Shown here: piece by piece, positions 1 to 8,572 of the stretch
Numbering within the stretch: the stretch's first letter is position 1
Layout of the letters: every line of letters begins with the position of its first letter
Assembly: GCA_003222035.1 (NCBI GenBank)
Contig: QHUS01000046.1
Coordinates: forward strand, 4,299 to 68,298
Source of the DNA: Gemmatimonadota bacterium
GTDB lineage: Bacteria > Gemmatimonadota > Gemmatimonadetes > Gemmatimonadales > GWC2-71-9
DNA: 64,000 bases
Reading direction: 5' to 3'
Made by a program: the position numbers and the translations under genes
Notes under the pieces: model-generated
What the model was told of the DNA's origin: nothing
Database searches by the model: none
Seen by the model: only the letters and a program-made list of their open reading frames with translations

Positions 1-200
1 CCGCCGAGCGGAATCCACGAGATCCAGTACTCCGTTTCGCCGCGCCGCCATGCGAGCAGCGGGCGGCCGAAGCCGAGCGAGAAACGCAACACCTGGATCC
101 CGACGGCCTTGGCCGCGATGAAGTGCCCCCCCTCATGGACGAAGATCAGCGGTCCTAGGGTGACGAGAAGCGCGAGCAGGCCGAGGAGTGCATTGCTCAT
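1..200 (-). CDS. rseP: RIP (site-2) zinc metalloprotease RseP, N-terminal fragment; the gene runs off the window start
   Basis: Not in the ORF track. Manual minus-strand translation from ATG 198-200 gives MSNALLGLLALLVTLGPLIFVHEGGHFIAAKAVGIQVLRFSLGFGRPLL..., with an HExxH motif (HEGGH). Its ATG overlaps the dxr stop (ATGA). Confidence 0.75.
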   Translation of the reverse strand, partial: MSNALLGLLALLVTLGPLIFVHEGGHFIAAKAVGIQVLRFSLGFGRPLLAWRRGETEYWISWIPLG

Positions 201-1318
201 GCTGCGTCCCGCGCCAGGCGCCGCGCCTCGGCATCCGCGGCGAGCACTGCCGCGAGCGACCCGGCGTCGCTGGCGTCGTGCCTCGCGAGCGCGCGCTCGA
301 TGGTCGCAGCAATTCGACCGAACGGGATTTTTCCGTCCAAGAAGAGCTGGACCGCCACCTCGTTGGCGGCGTTGAACACGGTCGGGGCCGTCCCTCCGGC
401 CGCCGCGGCGACGCGCCCGAGCCCGTACGCCGGATACCGTTCCTTGACGAGGGGCTCGAACGTGAGCGCGCCCGCGGCGACGGGATCGAAGCGGCGCGGG
501 CCCGTATCGGGAACCCGCTCGGGGTGCGTGAGCGCGTACAGGATGGGCAGCTCCATCGTAGGGAAGCCCACCTGCGCCAGGACGGAACCGTCCACGAACT
601 CGACGAACGCGTGCACCACGGATTGCGGGTGCACGACGACGTCCACCGCGTCATAGGGCACGTCGAATAGGAAATGTGCCTCGATGACCTCGAGGGCCTT
701 GTTGACGAGCGTCGCCGAGTCCACCGTGATCTTCTTCCCCATCTTCCATGTCGGGTGCCGCAGCGCCTCCTCGACCGTGGCAGCGGCGACCCGCTCGGCG
801 CTCCACGTGCGGAACGGCCCGCCCGAGGCGGTGAGGATGAGACGCGCGAGCTCCCCGGATCGCCGCCCCGTGATGCACTGCAGCACGGCACTGTGTTCCG
901 AGTCCACGGGCACGATCTCGCCGCCCCCCTCGCGCGCGGTGCGGGTGACGAGCTCACCGGCCATGACGAGCGTTTCCTTGTTCGCGAGAGCCACCCGCTT
1001 CCCTGCCGCCAGCGCCGCGAGCGTCGCCTCGAGCCCCGCGGCGCCCACGATCCCGTTCACCACGATCTGCACATCGGGCCGCGTCACTGCTTCTATCAGG
1101 CACTCAGGCCCTTTCCCATTTCCCGCTTCCCGTTTCCCCGAGTTCACCAGGCCCACGTAGCCCGGCTTCCACTCCGCAGCCTGGCGCTGCAATAGCTCCC
1201 CGTTCGAGTGAGCGGTCAGCGCGGCGACCCGAAACCGGTCTCGCTGACGGCCCAACACCTGGAGAGTCGCGCAGCCGATCGACCCCGTGGATCCGAGGAT
1301 TGCCACGCCGACGGTCAT
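197..1318 (-). CDS. dxr: 1-deoxy-D-xylulose 5-phosphate reductoisomerase
   Basis: ORF 197..1993 trimmed to the internal ATG at 1316-1318: MTVGVAILGSTGSIGCATLQVL...LANKETLV...SEHSA, typical of Dxr. The upstream part of the ORF is Arg-rich read-through across cdsA. ATGA overlap with the cdsA stop. Confidence 0.9.
   Translation of the reverse strand: MTVGVAILGSTGSIGCATLQVLGRQRDRFRVAALTAHSNGELLQRQAAEWKPGYVGLVNSGKREAGNGKGPECLIEAVTRPDVQIVVNGIVGAAGLEATLAALAAGKRVALANKETLVMAGELVTRTAREGGGEIVPVDSEHSAVLQCITGRRSGELARLILTASGGPFRTWSAERVAAATVEEALRHPTWKMGKKITVDSATLVNKALEVIEAHFLFDVPYDAVDVVVHPQSVVHAFVEFVDGSVLAQVGFPTMELPILYALTHPERVPDTGPRRFDPVAAGALTFEPLVKERYPAYGLGRVAAAAGGTAPTVFNAANEVAVQLFLDGKIPFGRIAATIERALARHDASDAGSLAAVLAADAEARRLARDAA
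1113..1140. repeat. 4x7-nt array TTCCCNN inside dxr (in frame)
   Basis: TTCC recurs at 1113, 1120, 1127 and 1134: TTCCCAT TTCCCGC TTCCCGT TTCCCCG. It encodes GKREAGNGKG in a region of Dxr that I recall as variable. Confidence 0.7.
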
Positions 1319-2166
1319 GCCAGGTCCAGGATCCGGAGCAACGCTGCGGTGACGGGCAGAACGAAGTACAGCGAGTCCAGGCGGTCCAACACGCCCCCGT
1401 GTCCGGGGATGAGCATCGAAGAGTCTTTGACGCCGACTTCGCGTTTGAAGAGCGACTCGGCCACGTCGCCGACCTGAGCAGCAAAGGCGGTGATCAGCCC
1501 GATCCCGGCGAGCTGCCACATCGGAAGACCGAGGGCCACGCGCTTCAGCACCAGGGGGCCGTACGCGATCGCCGCGAGGGCGCCGCCCCCCATGCCGGCC
1601 ACGGCGCCGGCCCACGTCTTCTTGGGCGACAGCACCGGGGCCAGCTTGGGACCGCCGATCAAAGCACCGCCGGCCATCGCGCACGTGTCGCACACCCACG
1701 TGATGACGAGCGGCAGCGCCGCCAGGGCGACCGACCCTCGCGGGTGCGCGTCGACGTGGGGGCCGTGCCGGATTGCGACGATGAACGAGAGCAGTGCCGA
1801 GGCGTAGAGGGGACCGAAGACGGTCACGGCGAGCGTGGTGAGGGGACGGTGCTCCGGACCACGGGCGGTAGCCACGACATGCGTGATGATCAGCCAGATG
1901 GCCGCGACGTACAGCACCGGCTCCCAGTCGGCGTAGCCCTTCACCCAGTAGATCGCGAGCGGACAGATCGCTGCCGCGACGAAGCCGATCCACTCGAGCG
2001 GCTCGATGCCCTGCTTGCGGGCCAGATCGTACACCTCGCGCGTGCCCAGCACCCCCAGGATGGCCAGGAAGCCCGCCAGCACCCAGCCGCCGAGCGAGAG
2101 GATCAGCAGCGTGCCGGCGATGGCGGGGACGGCGAACGCGATTCGCACGAGCAGGTTGCGGCTCAT
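1315..2166 (-). CDS. cdsA: phosphatidate cytidylyltransferase
   Basis: ORF 1315..2490 trimmed to ATG 2164-2166 (MSRNLLVRIAFAVPAIAG...). Multi-pass membrane protein with the C-terminal motif SLFKREVGVKDSSMLIPGHGGVLDRLDS. ATGA overlap with the uppS stop. Confidence 0.85.
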   Translation of the reverse strand: MSRNLLVRIAFAVPAIAGTLLILSLGGWVLAGFLAILGVLGTREVYDLARKQGIEPLEWIGFVAAAICPLAIYWVKGYADWEPVLYVAAIWLIITHVVATARGPEHRPLTTLAVTVFGPLYASALLSFIVAIRHGPHVDAHPRGSVALAALPLVITWVCDTCAMAGGALIGGPKLAPVLSPKKTWAGAVAGMGGGALAAIAYGPLVLKRVALGLPMWQLAGIGLITAFAAQVGDVAESLFKREVGVKDSSMLIPGHGGVLDRLDSLYFVLPVTAALLRILDLA

Positions 2167-2906
2167 GGTGCGGTGACTCTCCCGAATCGCCGCTCGCGGC
2201 CCTGATAGTCGAGGATTGCCTGGAACAGGTCGCGGCGCGTCACGTCGGGCCACAGGACCGGCGTGACGTAGAGCTCGGTATAGGCGAGCTGCCACAACAG
2301 GAAATTGGAGAGCCGCCACTCGCCCGACGTGCGGATCAGCAGGTCGGGGTCGCTCCATGGCGCGGTGTACAGCTTTTCGCGTACTGCACCCTCGTCGATG
2401 TCCTCGAGTCGCTTCACGCCCTTGAGGACGTCTTCGGCGAGGAGCCGCGCCGCACGTGCCAGCTCCCCGCGCGAGGAGTACGAGATGCACAGGTTGAGCG
2501 CGAGCCGGGTCTGGTCGCGGGTTTCGCGCTCGATGCGCTCGACCGCGGCGCGGGCCCCGGGCGAGAGCCGGGTCCGGTCGCCCAGGACGTGGACGGCGAC
2601 CCCCTGGCTCCGCAGCTCCATAATTTCCCGGGCGATGTACTCCTCGAGCAACTGCATGAGCGCCGAGATCTCGGATACCGGGCGCTGCCAGTTTTCCTCC
2701 GAGAAGGCGAACAGCGTGAGCACCTCCACGCCGGCCTCGATGGCCCCCTCGACGACTTCGCGCACGGCTTGCATACCGGTGCGGTGCCCCAGCGACCGCG
2801 GCAGCAGGCGCTCACGGGCCCATCGGCCGTTACCGTCCATAATCACGGCGATGTGACGCGGAACGGCCCCGTTGAGGCGGATCTGCGCCAGCAGGTCGTC
2901 CGCCAT
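2163..2906 (-). CDS. uppS: undecaprenyl diphosphate synthase (cis-isoprenyl transferase)
   Basis: PRHIAVIMDGNGRWA and RTSGEWRLSNFLLWQLAYTELY motifs. Confidence 0.9.
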   Translation of the reverse strand: MADDLLAQIRLNGAVPRHIAVIMDGNGRWARERLLPRSLGHRTGMQAVREVVEGAIEAGVEVLTLFAFSEENWQRPVSEISALMQLLEEYIAREIMELRSQGVAVHVLGDRTRLSPGARAAVERIERETRDQTRLALNLCISYSSRGELARAARLLAEDVLKGVKRLEDIDEGAVREKLYTAPWSDPDLLIRTSGEWRLSNFLLWQLAYTELYVTPVLWPDVTRRDLFQAILDYQGRERRFGRVTAP

Positions 2907-2907
2907 T

Positions 2908-3462
2908 TCAGATTTCCATGATCTCCGCTTCCTTGCCCTTCACCGCGTCGTCCACCTGCCGCAGGTGATCGTCGTGGAGCTTCTGCACGTCCTTCTCGGT
3001 GTGCTTCTTTTCGTCCTCGGAGACGTGCTCGGTCTTCTTGATCCGGCTGATCGCCTCGGTGCGCGCGTGCCGCACCGCGACGCGGCCTTCCTCCGCGAAC
3101 TTGTGCACGACCTTCACGAGCTCGCGGCGCCGCTCCTCCGTGAGCGGTGGCAGCGGAATGCGGATGATGTTGCCGTCGTTCGAGGGCGTGAGCCCCAGAT
3201 CCGATGCCAGGATCGCTTTTTCGACGGCCTTGAGCAGCCCCTTGTCCCAGGGCTGGATGGTCAGGAGCTTGGGCTCCGGGGCGGCCACGCTCGCCACCTG
3301 GGTGAGCGGCATCTCGCTGCCGTAGGCCTCCACACGCACCAGATCGAGCAGCGACGTGGTCGCCTTGCCGGTGCGGACGGTGGTGAACTCACGCTTCACC
3401 GCCTCGACAGCCTTGTCCATCGCGTGCTTCGCCTGCTTGACGTGTTCCGCCAGGGTGCTCAT
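2908..3462 (-). CDS. frr: ribosome recycling factor
   Basis: ORF 2908..3561 trimmed to ATG 3460-3462 ([34 protein letters not shown]...), about 184 aa. Overlaps the pyrH stop. Confidence 0.9.
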   Translation of the reverse strand: MSTLAEHVKQAKHAMDKAVEAVKREFTTVRTGKATTSLLDLVRVEAYGSEMPLTQVASVAAPEPKLLTIQPWDKGLLKAVEKAILASDLGLTPSNDGNIIRIPLPPLTEERRRELVKVVHKFAEEGRVAVRHARTEAISRIKKTEHVSEDEKKHTEKDVQKLHDDHLRQVDDAVKGKEAEIMEI

Positions 3463-4199
3463 TGCACGATGGTGCCGACGCGCTCGCCCGCCAGGACCCT
3501 GGCCGTGGCGCCCGGCTGGTTGATGTTGAACACCACGATGGGCAGCTGGTTCTCCTTGCACAATCCGAAGGCGTTCGCGTCCATGACCGCGTACCCGTTC
3601 ACCAGGGCGTCGCGGAACGACAGCTCCGCCAGGAACGTCGCCTTCGGGTCCCGCTTGGGATCGGCGGTGTAGACGCCGTCCACGTTCGTCGCCTTGAGCA
3701 GCACCTTCGCCTCGATCTCCAGGGCGCGCAGCACCGCCGCCGTATCGGTCGAAAAATACGGGTTTCCGGTCCCGCCGGCGAAAATGACCATCCGCCCTTT
3801 CTCGAGGTGGCGCAAGGCGCGTCGCCGGATGTAGGGCTCCGCCAGCTCCTCCATGCGGATCGCGGACATCACCCGCGTGTCGACGCCCTTCTTTTCCAGG
3901 ATGTCCTGCAGGGCGAGCGCGTTGATCACGGTCGCGAGCATGCCCATGTAGTCGGCGGAGACACGATCCATGCCCTGCTCGCTTGCGGCCGTGCCGCGCA
4001 GGATGTTCCCGCCGCCCACCACGAGCCCGAGCTGCACCCCGATCGCGGCCACGCGCTTGAGCTCGTCGCCGAGCTGATCGATGAAGGAGAAATCGATGCC
4101 CCCACCCGCCCCGCGCGGCCCCGCGAACGCCTCACCCGAGATCTTGAGCAAGGCGCGCGGGTAGGCGAGCCGCGGACCGGGACGCGGGGCGGTCGCCAC
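3459..4199 (-). CDS. pyrH: UMP kinase
   Basis: [10 protein letters not shown]...[10 protein letters not shown]...[18 protein letters not shown] motifs. Confidence 0.9.
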   Translation of the reverse strand: MATAPRPGPRLAYPRALLKISGEAFAGPRGAGGGIDFSFIDQLGDELKRVAAIGVQLGLVVGGGNILRGTAASEQGMDRVSADYMGMLATVINALALQDILEKKGVDTRVMSAIRMEELAEPYIRRRALRHLEKGRMVIFAGGTGNPYFSTDTAAVLRALEIEAKVLLKATNVDGVYTADPKRDPKATFLAELSFRDALVNGYAVMDANAFGLCKENQLPIVVFNINQPGATARVLAGERVGTIVQ

Positions 4200-4808
4200 T
4201 CAGCTCTCGCCGACCTTCAGTCGGGAGAACCGGCGCACGTCGATCTTCTCGCCGGTCTTGGCCGACAGCTCCTTGACCAGCTCTCCCACGGTGCGCTTGT
4301 CGTCCTTGACGAACTTCTGCTCGAGCAGGACGCGCTCCTCGTAGAACTTCTTGAGCATGCCATCCACGATCTTCGCCCGGATGTTCTCGGGCTTCTTCTG
4401 CTCGGCCACCTGCGCCTCGTACACCCGACGCTCTCGAGCAACCGTCTCCGGCGGCAGGTCCTCGACCCGGACGGCGAGCGGGTTCGTCGCGGCGATGTGC
4501 ATCGCCAGCTCCCGGGCGAGCGTCTTGAAGTCCTCGGTCCGCGCGACGAAGTCGGTCTCGCAGTTGAGCTCGACCAGCACCGCGACTTTGCCGTCGTGGT
4601 GCACGTAGTGGCCGATCAGCCCCTCCGCGGCCACGCGCTCCGCCCGTTTCTCGGCCTTGGCCGCCCCCTTCTTGCGCAGCACGTCGACGGCCTGCTCCAG
4701 ATCGCCGCCCGTCTCCTCGAGCGCCTTCTTGCAGTCCATCATGCCGGCGCCCGTGCGGGCGCGCAGCTCCGCCACGAGCTTTGCCGGAATCTCTTTCACA
4801 ATCGTCAC
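4200..4808 (-). CDS. tsf: translation elongation factor Ts (short form)
   Basis: [40 protein letters not shown]-terminus. GTG start preceded by GAGGAGGAGG. Confidence 0.9.
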   Translation of the reverse strand: MTIVKEIPAKLVAELRARTGAGMMDCKKALEETGGDLEQAVDVLRKKGAAKAEKRAERVAAEGLIGHYVHHDGKVAVLVELNCETDFVARTEDFKTLARELAMHIAATNPLAVRVEDLPPETVARERRVYEAQVAEQKKPENIRAKIVDGMLKKFYEERVLLEQKFVKDDKRTVGELVKELSAKTGEKIDVRRFSRLKVGES

Positions 4809-4895
4809 TGCCTCCTCCTCATGAAGACGCCGCCCTCGCGCCGGTGAGCTCGAAGGCGGCGGTCGGTTTCCACCGGATCGCGCACGTCCGGTGTC

Positions 4896-5777
4896 CTAGC
4901 CCTCGCCTCCGCTGCTCGACTCCGCCGGCGTGGGCGTCTCTTCGGTCTTGAGCCGCGCGGCGATCGCCTCGGGTTTGGGCCGCCGCTTCCGCCGGGCCGG
5001 TTTCTTCTTCTTGTCGCCGCCGGCCTCCACCTCGACGCCGGTCTCCGTCGAGTAGGTCACCCCTTCGCCCTCTTCGGCCGCCTCACGCAGCGGCATCTGG
5101 CGCCGCGCTTCTCCGATCACGTCCGAGATCGCCGCCGCGATCAGCGAAACGGCGCGGATCGCGTCGTCGTTACCCGGAATGGGCACGGTGATCAGGTCCG
5201 GGTCCGCGTTCGTATCCACGATCGCGACCACGGGAATGCCCAGCTTGTTCGCTTCGGCAACCGCGATGCGCTCTTTTTTCGAATCCACCACGAACAGCGC
5301 TCCCGGAAGGCGCCCCATGTTCTTGATGCCGGAGAGGTATTTCTCGAGCTTCACCCGCTCGCGGTCGAACAACAGCTGCTCCTTCTTGGTGTAGTTCTCG
5401 AACTCGCCTTCCGCGGTCCCCTGCTCCAGTTCCTTCAGCCGCTTGATCTGCTTCTTGATCGTCTGGAAGTTCGTCAGCGTACCGCCGAGCCACCGCTCCG
5501 TCACGTAATACGCGCCCGAGCGCTGCGCTTCCGCCTGGAGGATGAGCTTGAGCTGCTTCTTGGTGCAGACGAACAGCACGCCTTCACCCTTCAAGACGAC
5601 GCTCCGCACCAGGTCCTGGGCCTCCAGGATCTGCCGCAGTGTCTTCTGTAGATCGATGATGTAGATCCCCGACCGCTCGGCAAAGATGAACCGGCGCATC
5701 TTGGGATTCCAGCGGCGCGTCTGGTGGCCAAAATGGACGCCCGCTTCCAGCAGATCCTGCAACTCAGGCTGCGCCAT
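4896..5777 (-). CDS. rpsB: 30S ribosomal protein S2 with a basic C-terminal extension
   Basis: LLEAGVHFGHQTRRWNPKM...VVDTNADPD motifs. Confidence 0.95.
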   Translation of the reverse strand: MAQPELQDLLEAGVHFGHQTRRWNPKMRRFIFAERSGIYIIDLQKTLRQILEAQDLVRSVVLKGEGVLFVCTKKQLKLILQAEAQRSGAYYVTERWLGGTLTNFQTIKKQIKRLKELEQGTAEGEFENYTKKEQLLFDRERVKLEKYLSGIKNMGRLPGALFVVDSKKERIAVAEANKLGIPVVAIVDTNADPDLITVPIPGNDDAIRAVSLIAAAISDVIGEARRQMPLREAAEEGEGVTYSTETGVEVEAGGDKKKKPARRKRRPKPEAIAARLKTEETPTPAESSSGGEG

Positions 5778-5877
5778 GCACTCCCTCGCGTGGGTTTTGA
5801 TCCGCCGCTGCTCTCACTTTCGGTGTCACCCCGCCAAGCGGGGACCCAACACCGAATCAAGCAGCGTGAGTGATTAC

Positions 5878-6285
5878 CTACCGTTTACTGAACTGGAACC
5901 GCTTGCGCGCGCCCGCGCGGCCCGGCTTCTTCCGCTCGACGACGCGCGGGTCCCGCGTCAACAGTCCCTGCTCTCGCAACTTTTTACGGTGCCGCTCGTC
6001 CGCCAGGCACAGCGCCCGCGCGATCGCGAGTCGCATCGCCCCCGCCTGCCCCGTCACCCCGCCGCCCCGGCACAGCGCCCGCACGTCGAAGGCACCGAGC
6101 GTGTCCGTCGCCGTGAACGGCTGCTGGATATGCGACACGAGCGACGGCCGGGGGAAGTAGTCCCCCAGCGTGCGCCCGTTGACGTTCCACTTCCCCGAGC
6201 CCGGCGTGAGATACACGCGCGCCACCCCGACCTTGCGGCGCCCGACGGCGTGCCAGCGCAGCTCCGGCGTGACCGCTGTGCTCAC
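5878..6285 (-). CDS. rpsI: 30S ribosomal protein S9
   Basis: ORF 5878..6408 trimmed to GTG 6283-6285 (GTGA overlap with the rplM stop). GRRKVGVARVYL...GGGVTGQAGAMRLAIARAL...RKKPGRAGARKRFQFSKR. Confidence 0.9.
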   Translation of the reverse strand: MSTAVTPELRWHAVGRRKVGVARVYLTPGSGKWNVNGRTLGDYFPRPSLVSHIQQPFTATDTLGAFDVRALCRGGGVTGQAGAMRLAIARALCLADERHRKKLREQGLLTRDPRVVERKKPGRAGARKRFQFSKR

Positions 6286-6722
6286 CTGGCCTCCGCCGCA
6301 AGGGGCTCTGGTCGCTGCGCGGCGTGCGGATGCTCGGGACCGGCGTACACCTTCAGCATCTGCTTCACTTTCTGGCGCGAGAGCGTCGTCTTCGGCAGCA
6401 TGCCCCATACCGCGCGCTCGATCACCCGCTCGGGACGCGTCTCCATCACCTTCTTCAACGGCGTGAACCGCTCGTGGCCCATGTAGCCGGTGTGCCGAAA
6501 GTAGCGCTTCTGCTCGAGCTTGCGTCCCGTGAACTTCACCTTGGCGGCGTTCACGACCACCACGCAGTCCCCCCCGTTCAGGTGCGGTGTGAACGTCGGC
6601 TTGTGCTTCCCACGCAGCACCTGCGCGACCCGGCTCGCGAGTCGCCCGAGCGGCTCGCCGGCCGCGTCGACGACGAACCAGCGATGGGTTACGTCTTCCT
6701 TGCGGAGACTGAAGGTCTTCAT
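6282..6722 (-). CDS. rplM: 50S ribosomal protein L13
   Basis: WFVVDAAGEPLGRLASRVAQVLRGKHKPTFTPH... typical of L13. Confidence 0.95.
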   Translation of the reverse strand: MKTFSLRKEDVTHRWFVVDAAGEPLGRLASRVAQVLRGKHKPTFTPHLNGGDCVVVVNAAKVKFTGRKLEQKRYFRHTGYMGHERFTPLKKVMETRPERVIERAVWGMLPKTTLSRQKVKQMLKVYAGPEHPHAAQRPEPLAAEAR

Positions 6723-6766
6723 TCCCGACCCTTCAAAATGGAAAGTCGCATCGGTCGCAGCCGCGA

Positions 6767-6795
6767 ACTATACCCGGGGCGTAAAGGCCTGTCAA
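6767..6795 (-). promoter_or_regulatory. sigma70-type promoter for rplM-rpsI: TTGACA-N17-TATAGT
   Basis: Minus-strand reading: TTGACA (6790-6795), a 17-nt spacer, then TATAGT (6767-6772). It sits about 45 nt upstream of the rplM ATG, in the 75-nt gap after the upstream stop. Confidence 0.55.
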
Positions 6796-6797
6796 CC

Positions 6798-7328
6798 CTA
6801 GGGTTCCGGGCTCGCGAGCGTCACTAGCGGTGCCCCCTTTTCGACCGCCTGCCCCACGGCCACGTGAACCTTCTGCACCACCGCCGCCCGTCCCGCCCGC
6901 AGTTCATTTTCCATTTTCATCGCTTCGACCACCACGAGACCCGCGCCTGCGTCGACCCTTTGTCCCTCTGCCACCTCGACCCGCAGCACGAGCCCGGGCA
7001 TCGGAGCGCGCACCGTCCCGCCCCCGGCCACCGCGCCGCCCGTTCGGCCCTGCGGCGGCTTCGCTCGATCGCGTTCGTCTTCCACGGTGACTTCGATGCG
7101 CTCGCCGGCCATTCCCAGCGCCCAGCGGCCCGGCCCCTCGAGCGGCTGAGCCGTCACCGTCCACGACGCTCCGCCGAGCAGGAGGTGGTACAGCGGTGTC
7201 GCCCCCCCTCCCCCTCCCCCTCCCACGGCGGCGAGGTCGGCATCGAGGGCGACGCCGTCTACCAGCACGCGGGTGCCGTCTACCTCGACCTCGTGGATCG
7301 TGTCGCCGATTCGTACGGAGTACTTCAC
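6798..7328 (-). CDS. biotin carboxyl carrier / biotinyl-domain protein (stand-alone C-terminal part of an acyl-CoA carboxylase alpha subunit)
   Basis: ORF 6798..8063 trimmed to GTG 7326-7328 (GTGA overlap with the upstream stop). C-terminal biotinylation motif VVVEAMKMENEL. The longer ORF is read-through across the methyltransferase gene. Confidence 0.75.
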   Translation of the reverse strand: MKYSVRIGDTIHEVEVDGTRVLVDGVALDADLAAVGGGGGGGATPLYHLLLGGASWTVTAQPLEGPGRWALGMAGERIEVTVEDERDRAKPPQGRTGGAVAGGGTVRAPMPGLVLRVEVAEGQRVDAGAGLVVVEAMKMENELRAGRAAVVQKVHVAVGQAVEKGAPLVTLASPEP

Positions 7329-8572
7329 GCGGCCTCCAGCGCTGCCACCGTCTCCACGTGAGCGGTCTGAGGGAACAAATCGAACGCCCGCACTGCGGTT
7401 ACGCGGTAGGTGGCGCTCAGCCGGTGCAAGTCGCGAGCCAGGGTCGCGGGATCGCACGAGATGTAGACCAACCGGCCGACCGGATCCCCGGTGAGCCGGA
7501 GTGTGACGTTCCAGTGCAAACCACCGCGTGGCGGATTGACCACGACGGCGCTCGGCTCGGGGAGCGTGGAGATGACGTCTTCGGCTCGGCCTGCGATGAA
7601 CCGCACGGGACGGGGCACGTTTCGTCCGCGGGCCCAATCGATCGCCTGCTCGTCCGCGTCGACACTCACCACCTGCGCCCCGCGCTCCGCCAACTCGACG
7701 GCCGTGTCGCCGATCCCCCCATACAGGTCCCAGACCACGGCGCCCCGCAAGTCCCCCAGCTGCTCGACCGCCCAGCGGCGCGCGATCACGCCCATCTCGG
7801 GGTTGATCGGCTCGAACGCCGTCGCGGGGAATCCCGTGGCGGGACCGGCCATCACGCGCGCGGCACCATCCACCGGCTGCCACCAGCAGATGACCGCGTC
7901 GCGATCGGGGAGGTTGAGCGCGTCGCGCAAAGTCGCGGCGTTCTGCCACGGCTCGCCGGCCGATTCGGCGATGACGTGGCGCCGGCCCTCGCGGTCGAGA
8001 CGGAGCGTAAGATGGGTGAGCTTTGCGGGCAGCAGCGCGAGCTGCGGCCGCAGCTCGCGCCACAACGCCGTCAACCGGAAGTCCGCGACGTGGCAGTCGA
8101 GCAATGCGAATACCGCTGCGGGTCGGTCATATGGATGGAATCCGACTGTCCGACTGTCGGACCGTCCGACCGCTTTGACGCTCATCGAGAGCTTCGCGCG
8201 GTAGCGCCACTCCTCCACCGCTTCGACGATCTCGGGATCGGCCAGGTCCAGCTTGGCGATCCGCCGTAGAGCGTCCCCCACGATCGCGCGCTTGGCTGCC
8301 AGCTGTGCCTCGTACGTCATGTGCTGCAGCTGGCAGCCCCCGCAGCGATCCCCTGTGTAATGGGGACAAGCCGCCGTGACGCGGTCGGCCCCGGGGGCGA
8401 CCACCTCGGCGAGCTGCCCGCGCGCGAAGGTCTTGTGCAGCCGCACGCCGTCACGGAGCCGCACTCGCTCTCCGGGCGCGGTGCGGGCGACGAACACGGC
8501 GCGTCCGTCCGCCAGCCGTCCGACCCCGTCGCCCCCCGCCGCGATCGCCGTAATCGCGACCACGTTGCTCAT
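7325..8572 (-). CDS. RNA (uracil-5-)-methyltransferase, RlmD/TrmA family, with an N-terminal TRAM domain
   Basis: TRAM-like N-terminus, a Cys cluster (CPHYTGDRCGGCQLQH), the SAM-binding motif VWDLYGGIGD, and a C-terminal ISCDPATLARD motif. Confidence 0.85.
   Translation of the reverse strand: MSNVVAITAIAAGGDGVGRLADGRAVFVARTAPGERVRLRDGVRLHKTFARGQLAEVVAPGADRVTAACPHYTGDRCGGCQLQHMTYEAQLAAKRAIVGDALRRIAKLDLADPEIVEAVEEWRYRAKLSMSVKAVGRSDSRTVGFHPYDRPAAVFALLDCHVADFRLTALWRELRPQLALLPAKLTHLTLRLDREGRRHVIAESAGEPWQNAATLRDALNLPDRDAVICWWQPVDGAARVMAGPATGFPATAFEPINPEMGVIARRWAVEQLGDLRGAVVWDLYGGIGDTAVELAERGAQVVSVDADEQAIDWARGRNVPRPVRFIAGRAEDVISTLPEPSAVVVNPPRGGLHWNVTLRLTGDPVGRLVYISCDPATLARDLHRLSATYRVTAVRAFDLFPQTAHVETVAALEAA
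8141..8172. repeat. 4x8-nt array (TCCGACTG-type) inside the RlmD-like gene (in frame)
   Basis: TCCGACTG TCCGACTG TCGGACCG TCCGACCG. It encodes GRSDSRTVG. Confidence 0.8.

Noticed and set aside
1319-1993. N-terminal extensions of track ORFs: 197..1993, 1315..2490, 6798..8063, 21816..23210, 31112..33436, 50079..51125, 52253..53452 and 52894..55056.
   Set aside because: The extensions run through the upstream neighbour gene in another frame and have Arg-rich nonsense composition. Internal starts that coincide with ATGA/GTGA overlaps or good RBSs give proteins of the expected family length.
3462-4847. A long plus-strand ORF (461 aa) opposite pyrH/tsf. Similar antisense ORFs occur at 11036..12592, 12756..13928, 19608..21056, 25110..26333, 29900..31693, 36913..38631, 39892..42252, 45190..47097, 57120..59681 and 59691..61790.
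   Set aside because: Each lies antisense to a gene with clear family motifs. Their translations are Arg/Ala/Gly/Pro-rich low-complexity sequence with no recognisable domains. These are the shadow ORFs expected in high-GC DNA, where stop codons are rare.
6880-6925. An apparent 7-nt periodicity (GTTCATT TTCCATT TTCATCG) in the biotinyl-protein gene.
   Set aside because: It encodes the universally conserved biotinylation motif EAMKMENE, so the pattern is explained by the protein sequence and is not a repeat element.
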